Assembly: GCA_038231275.1 (NCBI GenBank) | Contig: JBBRLQ010000001.1 | Location: 160,001 to 224,000 of the forward strand | From: Polyangiales bacterium | GTDB lineage: Bacteria; Myxococcota_A; Polyangia; Polyangiales; Polyangiaceae | Direction of reading: 5' to 3' | DNA length: 64,000 bases | Shown here: positions 46,291 to 54,392 of the stretch, piece after piece | How positions within the stretch are numbered: the first letter of the stretch is position 1 | Layout: each line of letters begins with the position of its first letter | Program-made: the position numbers and the translations under genes | The notes under the pieces: generated by a model | What the model saw: only the letters and a program-made list of their open reading frames with translations | Told to the model about the DNA's origin: nothing | Database searches by the model: none

Positions 46291-47409
46291 TCAGTGCCCC
46301 GACCGCAGCGCGTTCAGGAGCTCGGCGAGGATGAGCAGGATCACGATCACCTCGAGGGTGACGCTGCGGCGGGAGTCGATCTCGCCGCGGATGAACCCGT
46401 ACGCTTGCGCGACGAGCGCCTGCTTCTCGTTGATGCTCGCCTGCCACGCCGGGATGCGGAAGCGTCGCACCGCGGAGTGGTGCACGCGCGCGAGGTAGAA
46501 GTCGCCGATGACCTTGAGCGCGTTGTCGACGCGTTCCATGAACTCCGTCAGCTCGACGAGGCGCCGAAGCACGGCCTTGCCGAGGCGCGCATATGGATTG
46601 CGGAGGAGCCTCAGCGGCCCGCGTCTCACCTCCTCGAGATCGTCGTAGATGCGCGCGAGCTCGCGATCGAAGACGCCGTCGTAGTAGCGGAGCTCGAGGA
46701 GCTGCGAGGTCGCGAACTCCAGAATCTCCGGGATCGCGCGGCTGCCGCTCGGCTCGAGCACGACGGCGCTGTTCCAGTCGATGACGACGAGATCGTCCTC
46801 GAAGTAGCTGTGCGCGTGCTTGAGGACGTCGTTCGATTCCATCTTGCTCAGCTTCTTGTCACGCGGCTCGCCGATGAGGAGCTTCGCGAGCGATTCCCAC
46901 GCGAGCAGATCCTTCGCGGTCCTTCCGTCTGCGAGCTCGGTAAGGAAGAGGACCGTGTAGGTCTCTGCTCCTCGCCAGTCGTGGCGACCCTGGACGGCCT
47001 TGCCGAGCTGGCCGATGAGCTTGTCGACCTCCGCGCGCGCGAGCTTCTCGATGGCCGCCGACTCGTACACCTCGTCGCACAGCGGGAGGATCTCGCCGAG
47101 CGCGGCGCCCGTGGTGACCGGAAAAGAGATCTGGACCGACACGGCGCCGTAATCGAAGAGGCGCGCCGACAGGTGAACATCGATCGGCTGCGGAGCCGTA
47201 CGCAGCGCGACCGTGCGGGAGCCAATGTCCACGATGACCGGCGGCCTCGCGAACGAGAAGAGCTCCGGCGGGTCGACCGAGATCGTCGCGCGGCGCGGCG
47301 ATAGGTGGGAGCAGGACCGCTCGGCGATCTCGAGATCGATCTCCGCCCCGACGTCGAAGACGCGGTAGGTGAGGATCTCTCCCTTCTTGACGCGCAGTGG
47401 CTCGGACAC
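46291..47409 (-). CDS. RMD1/DUF155-like membrane protein
   Basis: YRVFDVG.EIDL, RLFDYGAVSV, SYFEDDLVVIDWNSA, QLLELRYYD, GDFYLARV, C-term TM LEVIVILLILAEL. Confidence 0.7.
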   Translation of the reverse strand: MSEPLRVKKGEILTYRVFDVGAEIDLEIAERSCSHLSPRRATISVDPPELFSFARPPVIVDIGSRTVALRTAPQPIDVHLSARLFDYGAVSVQISFPVTTGAALGEILPLCDEVYESAAIEKLARAEVDKLIGQLGKAVQGRHDWRGAETYTVLFLTELADGRTAKDLLAWESLAKLLIGEPRDKKLSKMESNDVLKHAHSYFEDDLVVIDWNSAVVLEPSGSRAIPEILEFATSQLLELRYYDGVFDRELARIYDDLEEVRRGPLRLLRNPYARLGKAVLRRLVELTEFMERVDNALKVIGDFYLARVHHSAVRRFRIPAWQASINEKQALVAQAYGFIRGEIDSRRSVTLEVIVILLILAELLNALRSGH

Positions 47410-47425
47410 GATGGTGGCCAACGTA

Positions 47426-48211
47426 ATGCCCTTTTCGCCGGAGATCACGGTCGTCGTCCCGGCCTTCGAAGAGGAGGCGCGGATCGGCGGCGTCGTGCGC
47501 GCGATGCCGGCCTGCGTGCGCCGCGTCATCGTCGTCGACGACGCGAGCCGAGACGGGACGTCGGACGTGGCGCGGGCGGCGTCGGACGGGCGCGTCACGG
47601 TGGTGCGCCACGAACGGAACCGCGGCGTGGGCGCGGCGATCGTCACGGGCTACCGCACTGCCTTGTCGGAAGCGGGTGACGCGAACGACGCGTTCGTCGT
47701 CATGGCCGGCGACGCGCAGATGGATCCGGCGGATCTTCCACGCGTCGCGCAGCCGGTCCTCGCCGGAGACGCCGGGTACGTGAAGGGCGACCGCTTCGGC
47801 GCGACCGACGTGCTCCGCGTCATGCCGAGAGGGCGCTGGCTCGGCGGGCAGGTCCTGTCATGGATGACGTCGCGCGCGATCGGCGTGCCGATCCACGACA
47901 GCCAATGCGGCTACACCGCGCTCGCGCGCTGGGCGTGTGCGACGATCGATCTCGACGCGCTGTGGCCGCGCTACGGCTACCCGAACGATCTGCTCTCCCA
48001 GCTCGCCCTCCGCGGCGTCCCGATCCGCGAGGTCCCCGTGCGGCCCGTCTACGCCGGCGAAAAGAGCGGCCTCCGCGCGTACCACGTCGCCGGCATCGCG
48101 CGCCTCGTCGCCCGCGCATACGTGCGGCGCGTCACGTCGGCGTCGCGAGCGCCCGCTCCAGGATCGTCGGCACGTGCGCCAACGCGTGGTCGAGATCGAA
48201 CAACGCCTTGA
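47426..48211 (+). CDS. Glycosyltransferase family 2
   Basis: [54 protein letters not shown]. Confidence 0.9.
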   Translation: MPFSPEITVVVPAFEEEARIGGVVRAMPACVRRVIVVDDASRDGTSDVARAASDGRVTVVRHERNRGVGAAIVTGYRTALSEAGDANDAFVVMAGDAQMDPADLPRVAQPVLAGDAGYVKGDRFGATDVLRVMPRGRWLGGQVLSWMTSRAIGVPIHDSQCGYTALARWACATIDLDALWPRYGYPNDLLSQLALRGVPIREVPVRPVYAGEKSGLRAYHVAGIARLVARAYVRRVTSASRAPAPGSSARAPTRGRDRTTP

Positions 48212-49436
48212 TGCGCTCCTTGCCGAGGCGCCCCGTCACGTCGGCGTCGGCCTCGAGGTTCGTGCGAAACGCGCCGTCCCCCTTCCACGCGCGCATGGCG
48301 TTGCGCTGGACGAGGACATACGCCTCCTGCCGCGGCATGCCCGACTCGACGAGCGCGAGCAGGATGGCTTCGGAAAAATAGAGCTCTCCCGCGCGCTCGA
48401 GGTTTCGTTTCAAGTTGTCGGGGTAGACGACGAGCCCGTCGACGAGCCCTGCCGCGCGCTCAAGCATGAAGCCGAGCGTCGCCGTCGCGTCCGGCGCGAT
48501 CATTCGCTCGACCGACGAGTGCGAGATGTCGCGCTCGTGCCAGAGCGCGATGTCCTCCAGCGCCGGCACGACCGCGGCCCGGACGATGCGCGCGAGGCCG
48601 CACAGGTTCTCGCTCAGGATCGGGTTTCGTTTGTGGGGCATCGCGCTCGAGCCCTTCTGGCCCGCGGTGAACGCCTCTTCGGCCTCGCCGACGTCGCTGC
48701 GCTGCCAGTGACGCACGTTCGTGGCGAGGCGCTCGATGCCGCCTGCGAGGAGCGCCATCGCAGAGAAGAACGCCGCGTGGCGATCGCGCGCGACGATCTG
48801 GGTCGACACCGTCTCGGCGCCGAGCCCGAGCTTGCCGAGCGCCCGCGCTTCGATTTCGGGCGACAAGTGAGCGTACGTCCCCACCGCGCCGGCGATCTTG
48901 CCGACGGCGATCTCCGCGCGCGCCGCCACCAGACGCGCCCGCCCTCGCGCGATCTCTGCGTGATGACCGGCGAGCGCGAGGCCGAACGTCACCGGCTCCG
49001 CGAAGATCCCGTGGCTTCGTCCGATCATCGGCGTCTTCGCATGCTCGCGCGCGCGCCTGCTCAGCGCCGCGAGCAGCTTGTCCGCGCGCACGAGCAGCAG
49101 ATCCGCCGCGTCGCGCAACAGCACCGCGAGGGAGGTGTCGAGCACGTCGCTCGACGTCATCCCGCGGTGCAGCCACCGCGCGTCGAGGCCCACCTTCTCT
49201 TCGACGTGCGTGAGGAACGCGATCACGTCGTGCTTCGTCGTGCGCTCGATCTCTTCGATCCGCGCCGCGTCGAGCGCGATGGCCTTGCCGCGGATCGCCG
49301 CGGCGGTCCCTAGCGGCACCAGCTTCGCCTCTTCCATCGCCTCGCACGCCGCGAGCTCGACCTCGAGCCACACCTCGTACCTTCGATCGGAGGACCAGAG
49401 CTTCGCGAACTCGGCGGGCGTGTAGCGCGGGATCAT
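48132..49436 (-). CDS. purB: Adenylosuccinate lyase
   Basis: [61 protein letters not shown]. Confidence 0.97.
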   Translation of the reverse strand: MIPRYTPAEFAKLWSSDRRYEVWLEVELAACEAMEEAKLVPLGTAAAIRGKAIALDAARIEEIERTTKHDVIAFLTHVEEKVGLDARWLHRGMTSSDVLDTSLAVLLRDAADLLLVRADKLLAALSRRAREHAKTPMIGRSHGIFAEPVTFGLALAGHHAEIARGRARLVAARAEIAVGKIAGAVGTYAHLSPEIEARALGKLGLGAETVSTQIVARDRHAAFFSAMALLAGGIERLATNVRHWQRSDVGEAEEAFTAGQKGSSAMPHKRNPILSENLCGLARIVRAAVVPALEDIALWHERDISHSSVERMIAPDATATLGFMLERAAGLVDGLVVYPDNLKRNLERAGELYFSEAILLALVESGMPRQEAYVLVQRNAMRAWKGDGAFRTNLEADADVTGRLGKERIKALFDLDHALAHVPTILERALATPT

Positions 49437-49457
49437 GACCCGGCATCAGCTAGCACA

Positions 49458-49489
49458 GGTCTCTCGTTGCTTACACGGACGCACCGAAG
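49458..49489 (+). repeat. Direct repeat, left copy
   Basis: GGTCTCTCGTTGCTTACACGGACGCAC(C)GAAG; 27 bp identical to 50545-50571, 31/32 when extended. Confidence 0.95.
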
Positions 49490-49551
49490 CGAGGGGCCCG
49501 GGCAAGCGCCCGAGGCGGGGAGGTCTCGGCAGCGGCGCCGTAATAGGCGAT

Positions 49552-50532
49552 GTGGTGAAGAAGATCTGGTTCGGAGCGTTTTGGGCCCTGCTGTTGATCG
49601 TCGCCTGCAGCGGCGCGAACAACGCGACGAACGGTGGCAGCGAGTCGTGCTCGGCCGGCGCCCCGTGCGGCACGGGCGGCGACATTCAGACCTGCACCAC
49701 GCGTGACTCCGCGGGCGCCTGCACCTCGGTCGTCTACCGCTTGGCGCAGGGCCGCGCCTTCACCTGCACGAGCTGCACCGACTGCGGGCGCACCGTCGCC
49801 GACGTGACGAGCGCGTGCGGACCGGGAACTGTCGTTCCTGGCGGCGACGCCGGCGGCTCGTCCGGCGGGTCCTCGAGTGGTTGCGTCGGTTCGGCGTGCA
49901 ACGCAGACGGCGGGCCGGTCGTCGCATGCAAGGCGGGGAACGACGCGTGCAACAACGGAAACGACTGCTGCAGCAACCGCTGCGTCGTTGGCAAGTGCGA
50001 CCCGTGCGCCGCGGCCGGCGAGGCATGCGTGGGCACGACGTGCTGCGCCAACGCATCGCCGCACCTCACGTGCTTCAAAGGCGCGTGCTCGGCGTGCCTC
50101 GGCGGCGGCGCCGCGTGCAAGACCACGACCGACTGCTGCTCGCAGACCTGCACCGGGGGCACATGCGAGGCGCCCGTCGCGTGCAAAGTCGCGGGCGGCG
50201 CGTGCCAGAAGGCAGACGAGTGCTGCGACGTCGCCGCGGGGTGCAACGTCGGGACCTGCGGGTGCAACGTCACGCAGAGCCTTCCGTCGAAGATTCCGAG
50301 CATTCCGCCGTCGTGCGTAGCGGCGACCCAGGCGTCGTGCTGCTCGCAGGGCAGTGCGTGCGTGAACGATGCGGGATGCGTCACGTACGTCAATTGCCTG
50401 ATCGCCTGCGGGCAGACAAACGCCGCATGCCGCCAGACGTGCCAGACGAACGCGCCGCCCGCCTCGCAGACCATCGCCACGACGTTCGGAACCTGCCTCG
50501 CCGGCGCGGGCGCCTCCGCCTGCATCCCCTGA
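49552..50532 (+). CDS. Extremely Cys-rich lipoprotein
   Basis: IVA-C lipobox; repeated C-x6-C-x5-CC-x3-C-x4-C knottin-like units (e.g. CLGGGAACKTTTDCCSQTCTGGTC). Confidence 0.8.
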   Translation: MVKKIWFGAFWALLLIVACSGANNATNGGSESCSAGAPCGTGGDIQTCTTRDSAGACTSVVYRLAQGRAFTCTSCTDCGRTVADVTSACGPGTVVPGGDAGGSSGGSSSGCVGSACNADGGPVVACKAGNDACNNGNDCCSNRCVVGKCDPCAAAGEACVGTTCCANASPHLTCFKGACSACLGGGAACKTTTDCCSQTCTGGTCEAPVACKVAGGACQKADECCDVAAGCNVGTCGCNVTQSLPSKIPSIPPSCVAATQASCCSQGSACVNDAGCVTYVNCLIACGQTNAACRQTCQTNAPPASQTIATTFGTCLAGAGASACIP

Positions 50533-50544
50533 AGCGCGCGCCAC

Positions 50545-50576
50545 GGTCTCTCGTTGCTTACACGGACGCACAGAAG
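50545..50576 (+). repeat. Direct repeat, right copy
   Basis: GGTCTCTCGTTGCTTACACGGACGCAC(A)GAAG, 12 nt after the lipoprotein stop. Confidence 0.95.
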
Positions 50577-50601
50577 TGGCCGGCCGAGAGGGCAGCTCGC
50601 C

Positions 50602-50630
50602 TTGCGCACCACAGGACCGTAACGTTTAAT
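50602..50630 (+). promoter_or_regulatory. Putative sigma70 promoter of the RRM gene
   Basis: TTGCGC-N17-TTTAAT, about 100 nt upstream of the GAGGAGGG RBS and ATG 50738. Confidence 0.6.
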
Positions 50631-50737
50631 GTGACTCGTTCGGCTGGTTCGGTGCTCTGTGCTCATGACTCGCTTCGATTCCCTCGAAACGCGTAAGGAC
50701 AGCAGCTTCGAAGGCCTTGGCGACGAGGAGGGAAGAC

Positions 50738-51091
50738 ATGACTACGAAGGTCTACGTGGGAAACCTGCCCTACACCTGCGATGAGGCGCAGCTCCGCGAG
50801 CTCTTCGGCGGCGAGGGTCGCAACGTCGCCGACGTCGCGATCATCACCGATCGCATGACCGGACAGCCGCGCGGATTCGCCTTCGTACAAATGGCGACCG
50901 CCGACGACGCAAAGAAGGCGATCGACGCGCTGCATGGCTCGAGCTTCGGCGGACGCACGCTCACCGTGAACGAAGCGCGACCGCGCGAGAGCGGCGGCGG
51001 CGGTGGGGGCGGTGGCGCCTATGGCGGCGGAGGAGGAGGCGGCGGTGGCGGCGGCCGAGATCGCGGCGGACGCGATCGCGAGAGGCGCTAG
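50738..51091 (+). CDS. RNA-binding protein (RRM/RNP-1) with Gly-rich tail
   Basis: KVYVGNL (RNP2), PRGFAFVQM (RNP1), GRTLTVNEARPRE, poly-Gly tail. Confidence 0.95.
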   Translation: MTTKVYVGNLPYTCDEAQLRELFGGEGRNVADVAIITDRMTGQPRGFAFVQMATADDAKKAIDALHGSSFGGRTLTVNEARPRESGGGGGGGGAYGGGGGGGGGGGRDRGGRDRERR

Positions 51092-51238
51092 TCGAGCGGG
51101 GTCGGACCACGTTCCCAAGGTTGTCCACAGGGGTCACGACCCCGATGTGGACGACTATGACGCGCCGCGTCGAAGTATCGACGGCGATAGACGAAACCAC
51201 GTTTTCGGCGGGGGAAAACCTGTGGTAATCGCGGGGAC

Positions 51239-51679
51239 ATGTCGACGCTGCCCGAAGTCCTCACGAACGAGGCGAAGAAGACCGAAGTGATCGAGGATTG
51301 CTGCGCCCTCATCGACGCCGAGGTCAAGGACAAGGGCGGGCTCAGCGGCCTCGCGATCAAGGCGGGCTACGGCGCGGTGAAGGGCATCAAGCCCGGTTTC
51401 ATCAAGCAAGCGGTGACCGACATGCTGCCCGAGTTCGCGAAGGCGCTCGACCCGCTCTTCCAGGAGTCGAAGGGGCAGGACAAGCCGATCGGGGACTTCT
51501 TCGCGCAGAACTCCACGCGCGCCGCCGACGCCCTCCTCACCATCACCGACGCGCGCGCCGGGCGCGTGAAGAGCGGCGTCGTCAAGGGCACGTACGACAA
51601 GCTCCGCGGCAGCGCGAAGAAGAACGTCGAGGCCGCCATCCCGCGCCTCGGCAAGATGGTCGAGAAGTACGCCGTCTAA
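51239..51679 (+). CDS. Conserved hypothetical protein (DUF6918-like)
   Basis: LIDAEVKDKGGLSGLAIKAGYGAVKGIKPGFI...ADALLTITD...YDKLRGSAKKNVEAAIPRLG. Confidence 0.7.
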   Translation: MSTLPEVLTNEAKKTEVIEDCCALIDAEVKDKGGLSGLAIKAGYGAVKGIKPGFIKQAVTDMLPEFAKALDPLFQESKGQDKPIGDFFAQNSTRAADALLTITDARAGRVKSGVVKGTYDKLRGSAKKNVEAAIPRLGKMVEKYAV

Positions 51680-51710
51680 CGCGCCGCGATCGCGCGCGCG
51701 GGGTTCACGT

Positions 51711-51742
51711 CAGGAGTCGTTTCGCTCCGCTGTGCTTCGCTC
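51711..51742. repeat. Dispersed ~32-bp repeat, copy 2
   Basis: CAGGAGTCGTTTCGCTCCGCTGTGCTTCGCTC, matching 19065-19095. Confidence 0.7.
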
Positions 51743-52298
51743 AGCAGCCGCAGAGGCGGACGCAGTTCGGATCGCCGGCGCACTCGCCCGCGCAGGTCTT
51801 GTCGCAGCTGCTCTGAGGAGGGGTCTTGCCCGACGCGCCGGTGCCGGGAGTGCAGCGCCCTTCGTTCACTTGCTGGCAGACCTGCATCTCGGTTTGGTCG
51901 GCGAGGAGCTTCGCGGCCTGGTCGCACGTCGCGGGCGAGCCGAGGGGACAGACCATGCCGTTGCACGCGCACTCGAGATCGAGCGCCTGCCCGCGGATGC
52001 GCCAGCCGCAGTTCGGGTAGACGTCGTGATCGATGAGCACGTTCGGGCACGTGCTTATCGCGGTGCAGATGTGGACCCCGGTGCTCGACTCGACGATGCA
52101 GTCCGCCCCCTGCGCAGTCGGGCCCGCCGCGCCGCCGTCCACGAGGCCCGTAGAAGCGCCTCCATCGCCGCTGCCCGCTCCGCCGCCGCCGTCGCCGCTA
52201 CCGGGTTGCTGGACGCAGCCGCCGAGCGGGGCGGAGAAGAAGAGCGCGGACGCTGCGCCGACAGCGCCGACCACGAGCCACGAGAAGAAGGTGCGCAC
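51741..52298 (-). CDS. Cys-rich lipoprotein
   Basis: LGG-C lipobox, Gly linker, C-term CDKTCAGECAGDPNCVRLCGC; start uncertain (52298 or 52334). Confidence 0.7.
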   Translation of the reverse strand: MRTFFSWLVVGAVGAASALFFSAPLGGCVQQPGSGDGGGGAGSGDGGASTGLVDGGAAGPTAQGADCIVESSTGVHICTAISTCPNVLIDHDVYPNCGWRIRGQALDLECACNGMVCPLGSPATCDQAAKLLADQTEMQVCQQVNEGRCTPGTGASGKTPPQSSCDKTCAGECAGDPNCVRLCGC

Positions 52299-52416
52299 GT
52301 CGCGACTCTTCGTGAGCCCGACCTCGGCGGCCAAATTTTCCGCGCGTTACGTACATTTGTCCACACGGCGGACCCGGCCATTTCCAGCGGCGTGCGCACT
52401 CGGTACCGTGCAGGGC

Positions 52417-53535
52417 ATGACCGCACCGCTCGCGACGCACGATCCGTACACCCACGCCCTCTCGCAACTCGTCGGCGCGCTCACCGAGGACGCGGTCTTC
52501 GCGCTGGCAGCCGCACCGCGCGCCCAAGCGGCGGCGCTCGAGGGGTTGGGCAAGCGCCGGACGGACGCGTACACCGCGGTCCTCCAAGGGACCCGCGCGC
52601 TTCGGATGACGGAGGATTTCGATCATTGGGTCGTCGAGCTCACGCGCGCGATCGCGCCGGTGGCGCCGCCGGCGTGGATGCCGATGGGCGAGGTCATCGG
52701 CGAGAAGGTGACCCTCGAGGCCGGCGCGCGCGGGATCCGGAGCCTCTTCTCGAGCAAGCCGAGTGACAAAGACGTCCAGCGCGTCAAGCGCCTCGGCTCG
52801 CTCGCAGTGCGCCTCCTCCGCGCGGTCTTCGCCGCGGACGGACCGGTCGACGCAGAGGAGGCGCGCACGCTCGCCGGCCTCATCGGCTCGCTCGGCCTCC
52901 CCGAGATCGACGCGCAGCCGCTCTACACCGAGGCGCCGGTCGCCATCGAGCACCTCGAGGTGTACGGCGATCTGGAGCCCGGCGTCGGCCGCGCGATGGT
53001 CGCGGGCGCGTGGTACGGCGCCGCGTGGGACGCGATCGACCCGCGCGAAGAGGTGATCGTCCGCACGTTCGCGAACAAGATCTCGCTCCCGATCGAGGAC
53101 GTCGAGCGCCTGCGCGCCGAGGCGACGCACCGCGTGGACGCGCAACGAATCGCCGGGCTCGCGACGACCGACGCCGTCCGCTTCATGCTCACCGATCGCA
53201 CGCCCGGCCTCGGCGTGCAGCTCGCGGCGAAGGCCGGAACGCTCATGCTCCCCTGCCGTTACCGCGAAGAAGCGCTCGCGCAGATCGGCCACGGCTCGCC
53301 CGTCTCCCTCGCGAAGCGGTATACGACGCTCACCGCCGACGAGCGCCTCAGCGTCCTGGGGATCGCGTGGGCCGCGGGCCTGCACGAAGACCCGTCGATG
53401 GGGCGCCGCGCGCTCCTCCGCGCCCGCCACGATCGCGTCGCGCAAGATCTCGGCGAGGACGGCGCGCGCGCCCGCGTGATGATCGACGAGTGGATCAGCC
53501 AGGTCCTACTGCCCGTCGCCTTCAACATGAAGTGA
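52417..53535 (+). CDS. Hypothetical protein with TerB-like helical modules
   Basis: RAVFAADGPVDAEEARTL and GAAWDAIDPREEVIVRTFANKISL resemble the TerB A-D-G...E pattern; TACCGT 7 nt before the ATG. Confidence 0.55.
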   Translation: MTAPLATHDPYTHALSQLVGALTEDAVFALAAAPRAQAAALEGLGKRRTDAYTAVLQGTRALRMTEDFDHWVVELTRAIAPVAPPAWMPMGEVIGEKVTLEAGARGIRSLFSSKPSDKDVQRVKRLGSLAVRLLRAVFAADGPVDAEEARTLAGLIGSLGLPEIDAQPLYTEAPVAIEHLEVYGDLEPGVGRAMVAGAWYGAAWDAIDPREEVIVRTFANKISLPIEDVERLRAEATHRVDAQRIAGLATTDAVRFMLTDRTPGLGVQLAAKAGTLMLPCRYREEALAQIGHGSPVSLAKRYTTLTADERLSVLGIAWAAGLHEDPSMGRRALLRARHDRVAQDLGEDGARARVMIDEWISQVLLPVAFNMK

Positions 53536-53540
53536 GCAAG

Positions 53541-54380
53541 ATGAACGATCGCACCCTCGGATTCTTGGGCGCTGGCAACATGGCCGGCGCGCTCATCAAA
53601 GGTCTCCTCCACGCGAAGGTGAGCGCGCCGTCGCAAATCTTGGCGAGCGACGCGAAGGCCGACCGCCTGGAGCTCCTCGCGAAGACGCATGGGATTCGCA
53701 CGACGCAGGACAACCACGCGCTGGTTCGCGAGAGCGACGTGATCGTCCTCGCGGTGAAGCCGCAAGTGGTCGACAAGGTCCTCGCGCAGATCGGCGCGGA
53801 CGTGCGGCCGGGGCAGCTCGTGATCAGCGTCGCCGCCGGCGTGCCGATCGCCGCGCTCGAAGGTCGATTGCCGGCGGGCGTGAAGGTGGTGCGCGCGATG
53901 CCGAACACGCCGGCGACGGCGCTCGCGGGGGCCACGGCGATCGCGGGAGGCGAGCACGCGAGCGAGGCGGACATCGAGGTCGCCCGCGCGCTCTTCGAAG
54001 CGGTGGGGCGCGTCGTGGTGCTGGACGAGACGCTCCTCGACGCGGTCACGGGCCTGTCGGGCAGCGGCCCGGCGTACGTGATGCTCATCATCGAGGCGCT
54101 GGCCGACGGCGGCGTGAAGGTCGGGCTCCATCGCGACACCGCGCTCCTCCTCGCCGCGCAGACGGTCTACGGCTCGGCGAAGCTCCTGCTCGAGACCGGC
54201 GAGCACCCTGGACGCTTGAAGGACATGGTCACGAGCCCCGGCGGCACCGCGATCGCCGGCCTCCACACGCTCGAGTCCGGCGGGCTCCGCAGGACGCTCA
54301 TCGACGCGGTCGAGGTCGCGACGAACCGGAGCGCGACGCTCGGCGCGGAGATGAGCGCCAAGCTGCAGCGAAAGACCTGA
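53541..54380 (+). CDS. proC: Pyrroline-5-carboxylate reductase
   Basis: GFLGAGNMA, LAVKPQ, ISVAAGV, VRAMPNTP, AVTGLSGSGPAY, VTSPGGT. Confidence 0.97.
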   Translation: MNDRTLGFLGAGNMAGALIKGLLHAKVSAPSQILASDAKADRLELLAKTHGIRTTQDNHALVRESDVIVLAVKPQVVDKVLAQIGADVRPGQLVISVAAGVPIAALEGRLPAGVKVVRAMPNTPATALAGATAIAGGEHASEADIEVARALFEAVGRVVVLDETLLDAVTGLSGSGPAYVMLIIEALADGGVKVGLHRDTALLLAAQTVYGSAKLLLETGEHPGRLKDMVTSPGGTAIAGLHTLESGGLRRTLIDAVEVATNRSATLGAEMSAKLQRKT

Positions 54381-54392
54381 CCGACCCGACGG

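Noticed and set aside
48130..48249. 16-bp direct repeat CGTCACGTCGGCGTCG at 48130 and 48234
   Set aside because: GC-rich, essentially within purB coding sequence, reading frame intact; plausibly chance.
49458..50576. CRISPR array or IS element explanation for the 27-bp repeats
   Set aside because: Only two copies, 1087 bp apart, enclosing a gene; no cas genes, transposase or terminal inverted repeats.
51092..51238. Replication origin (oriC)
   Set aside because: Only two or three DnaA-box-like sites, no clear AT-rich unwinding element and no dnaA/dnaN nearby.
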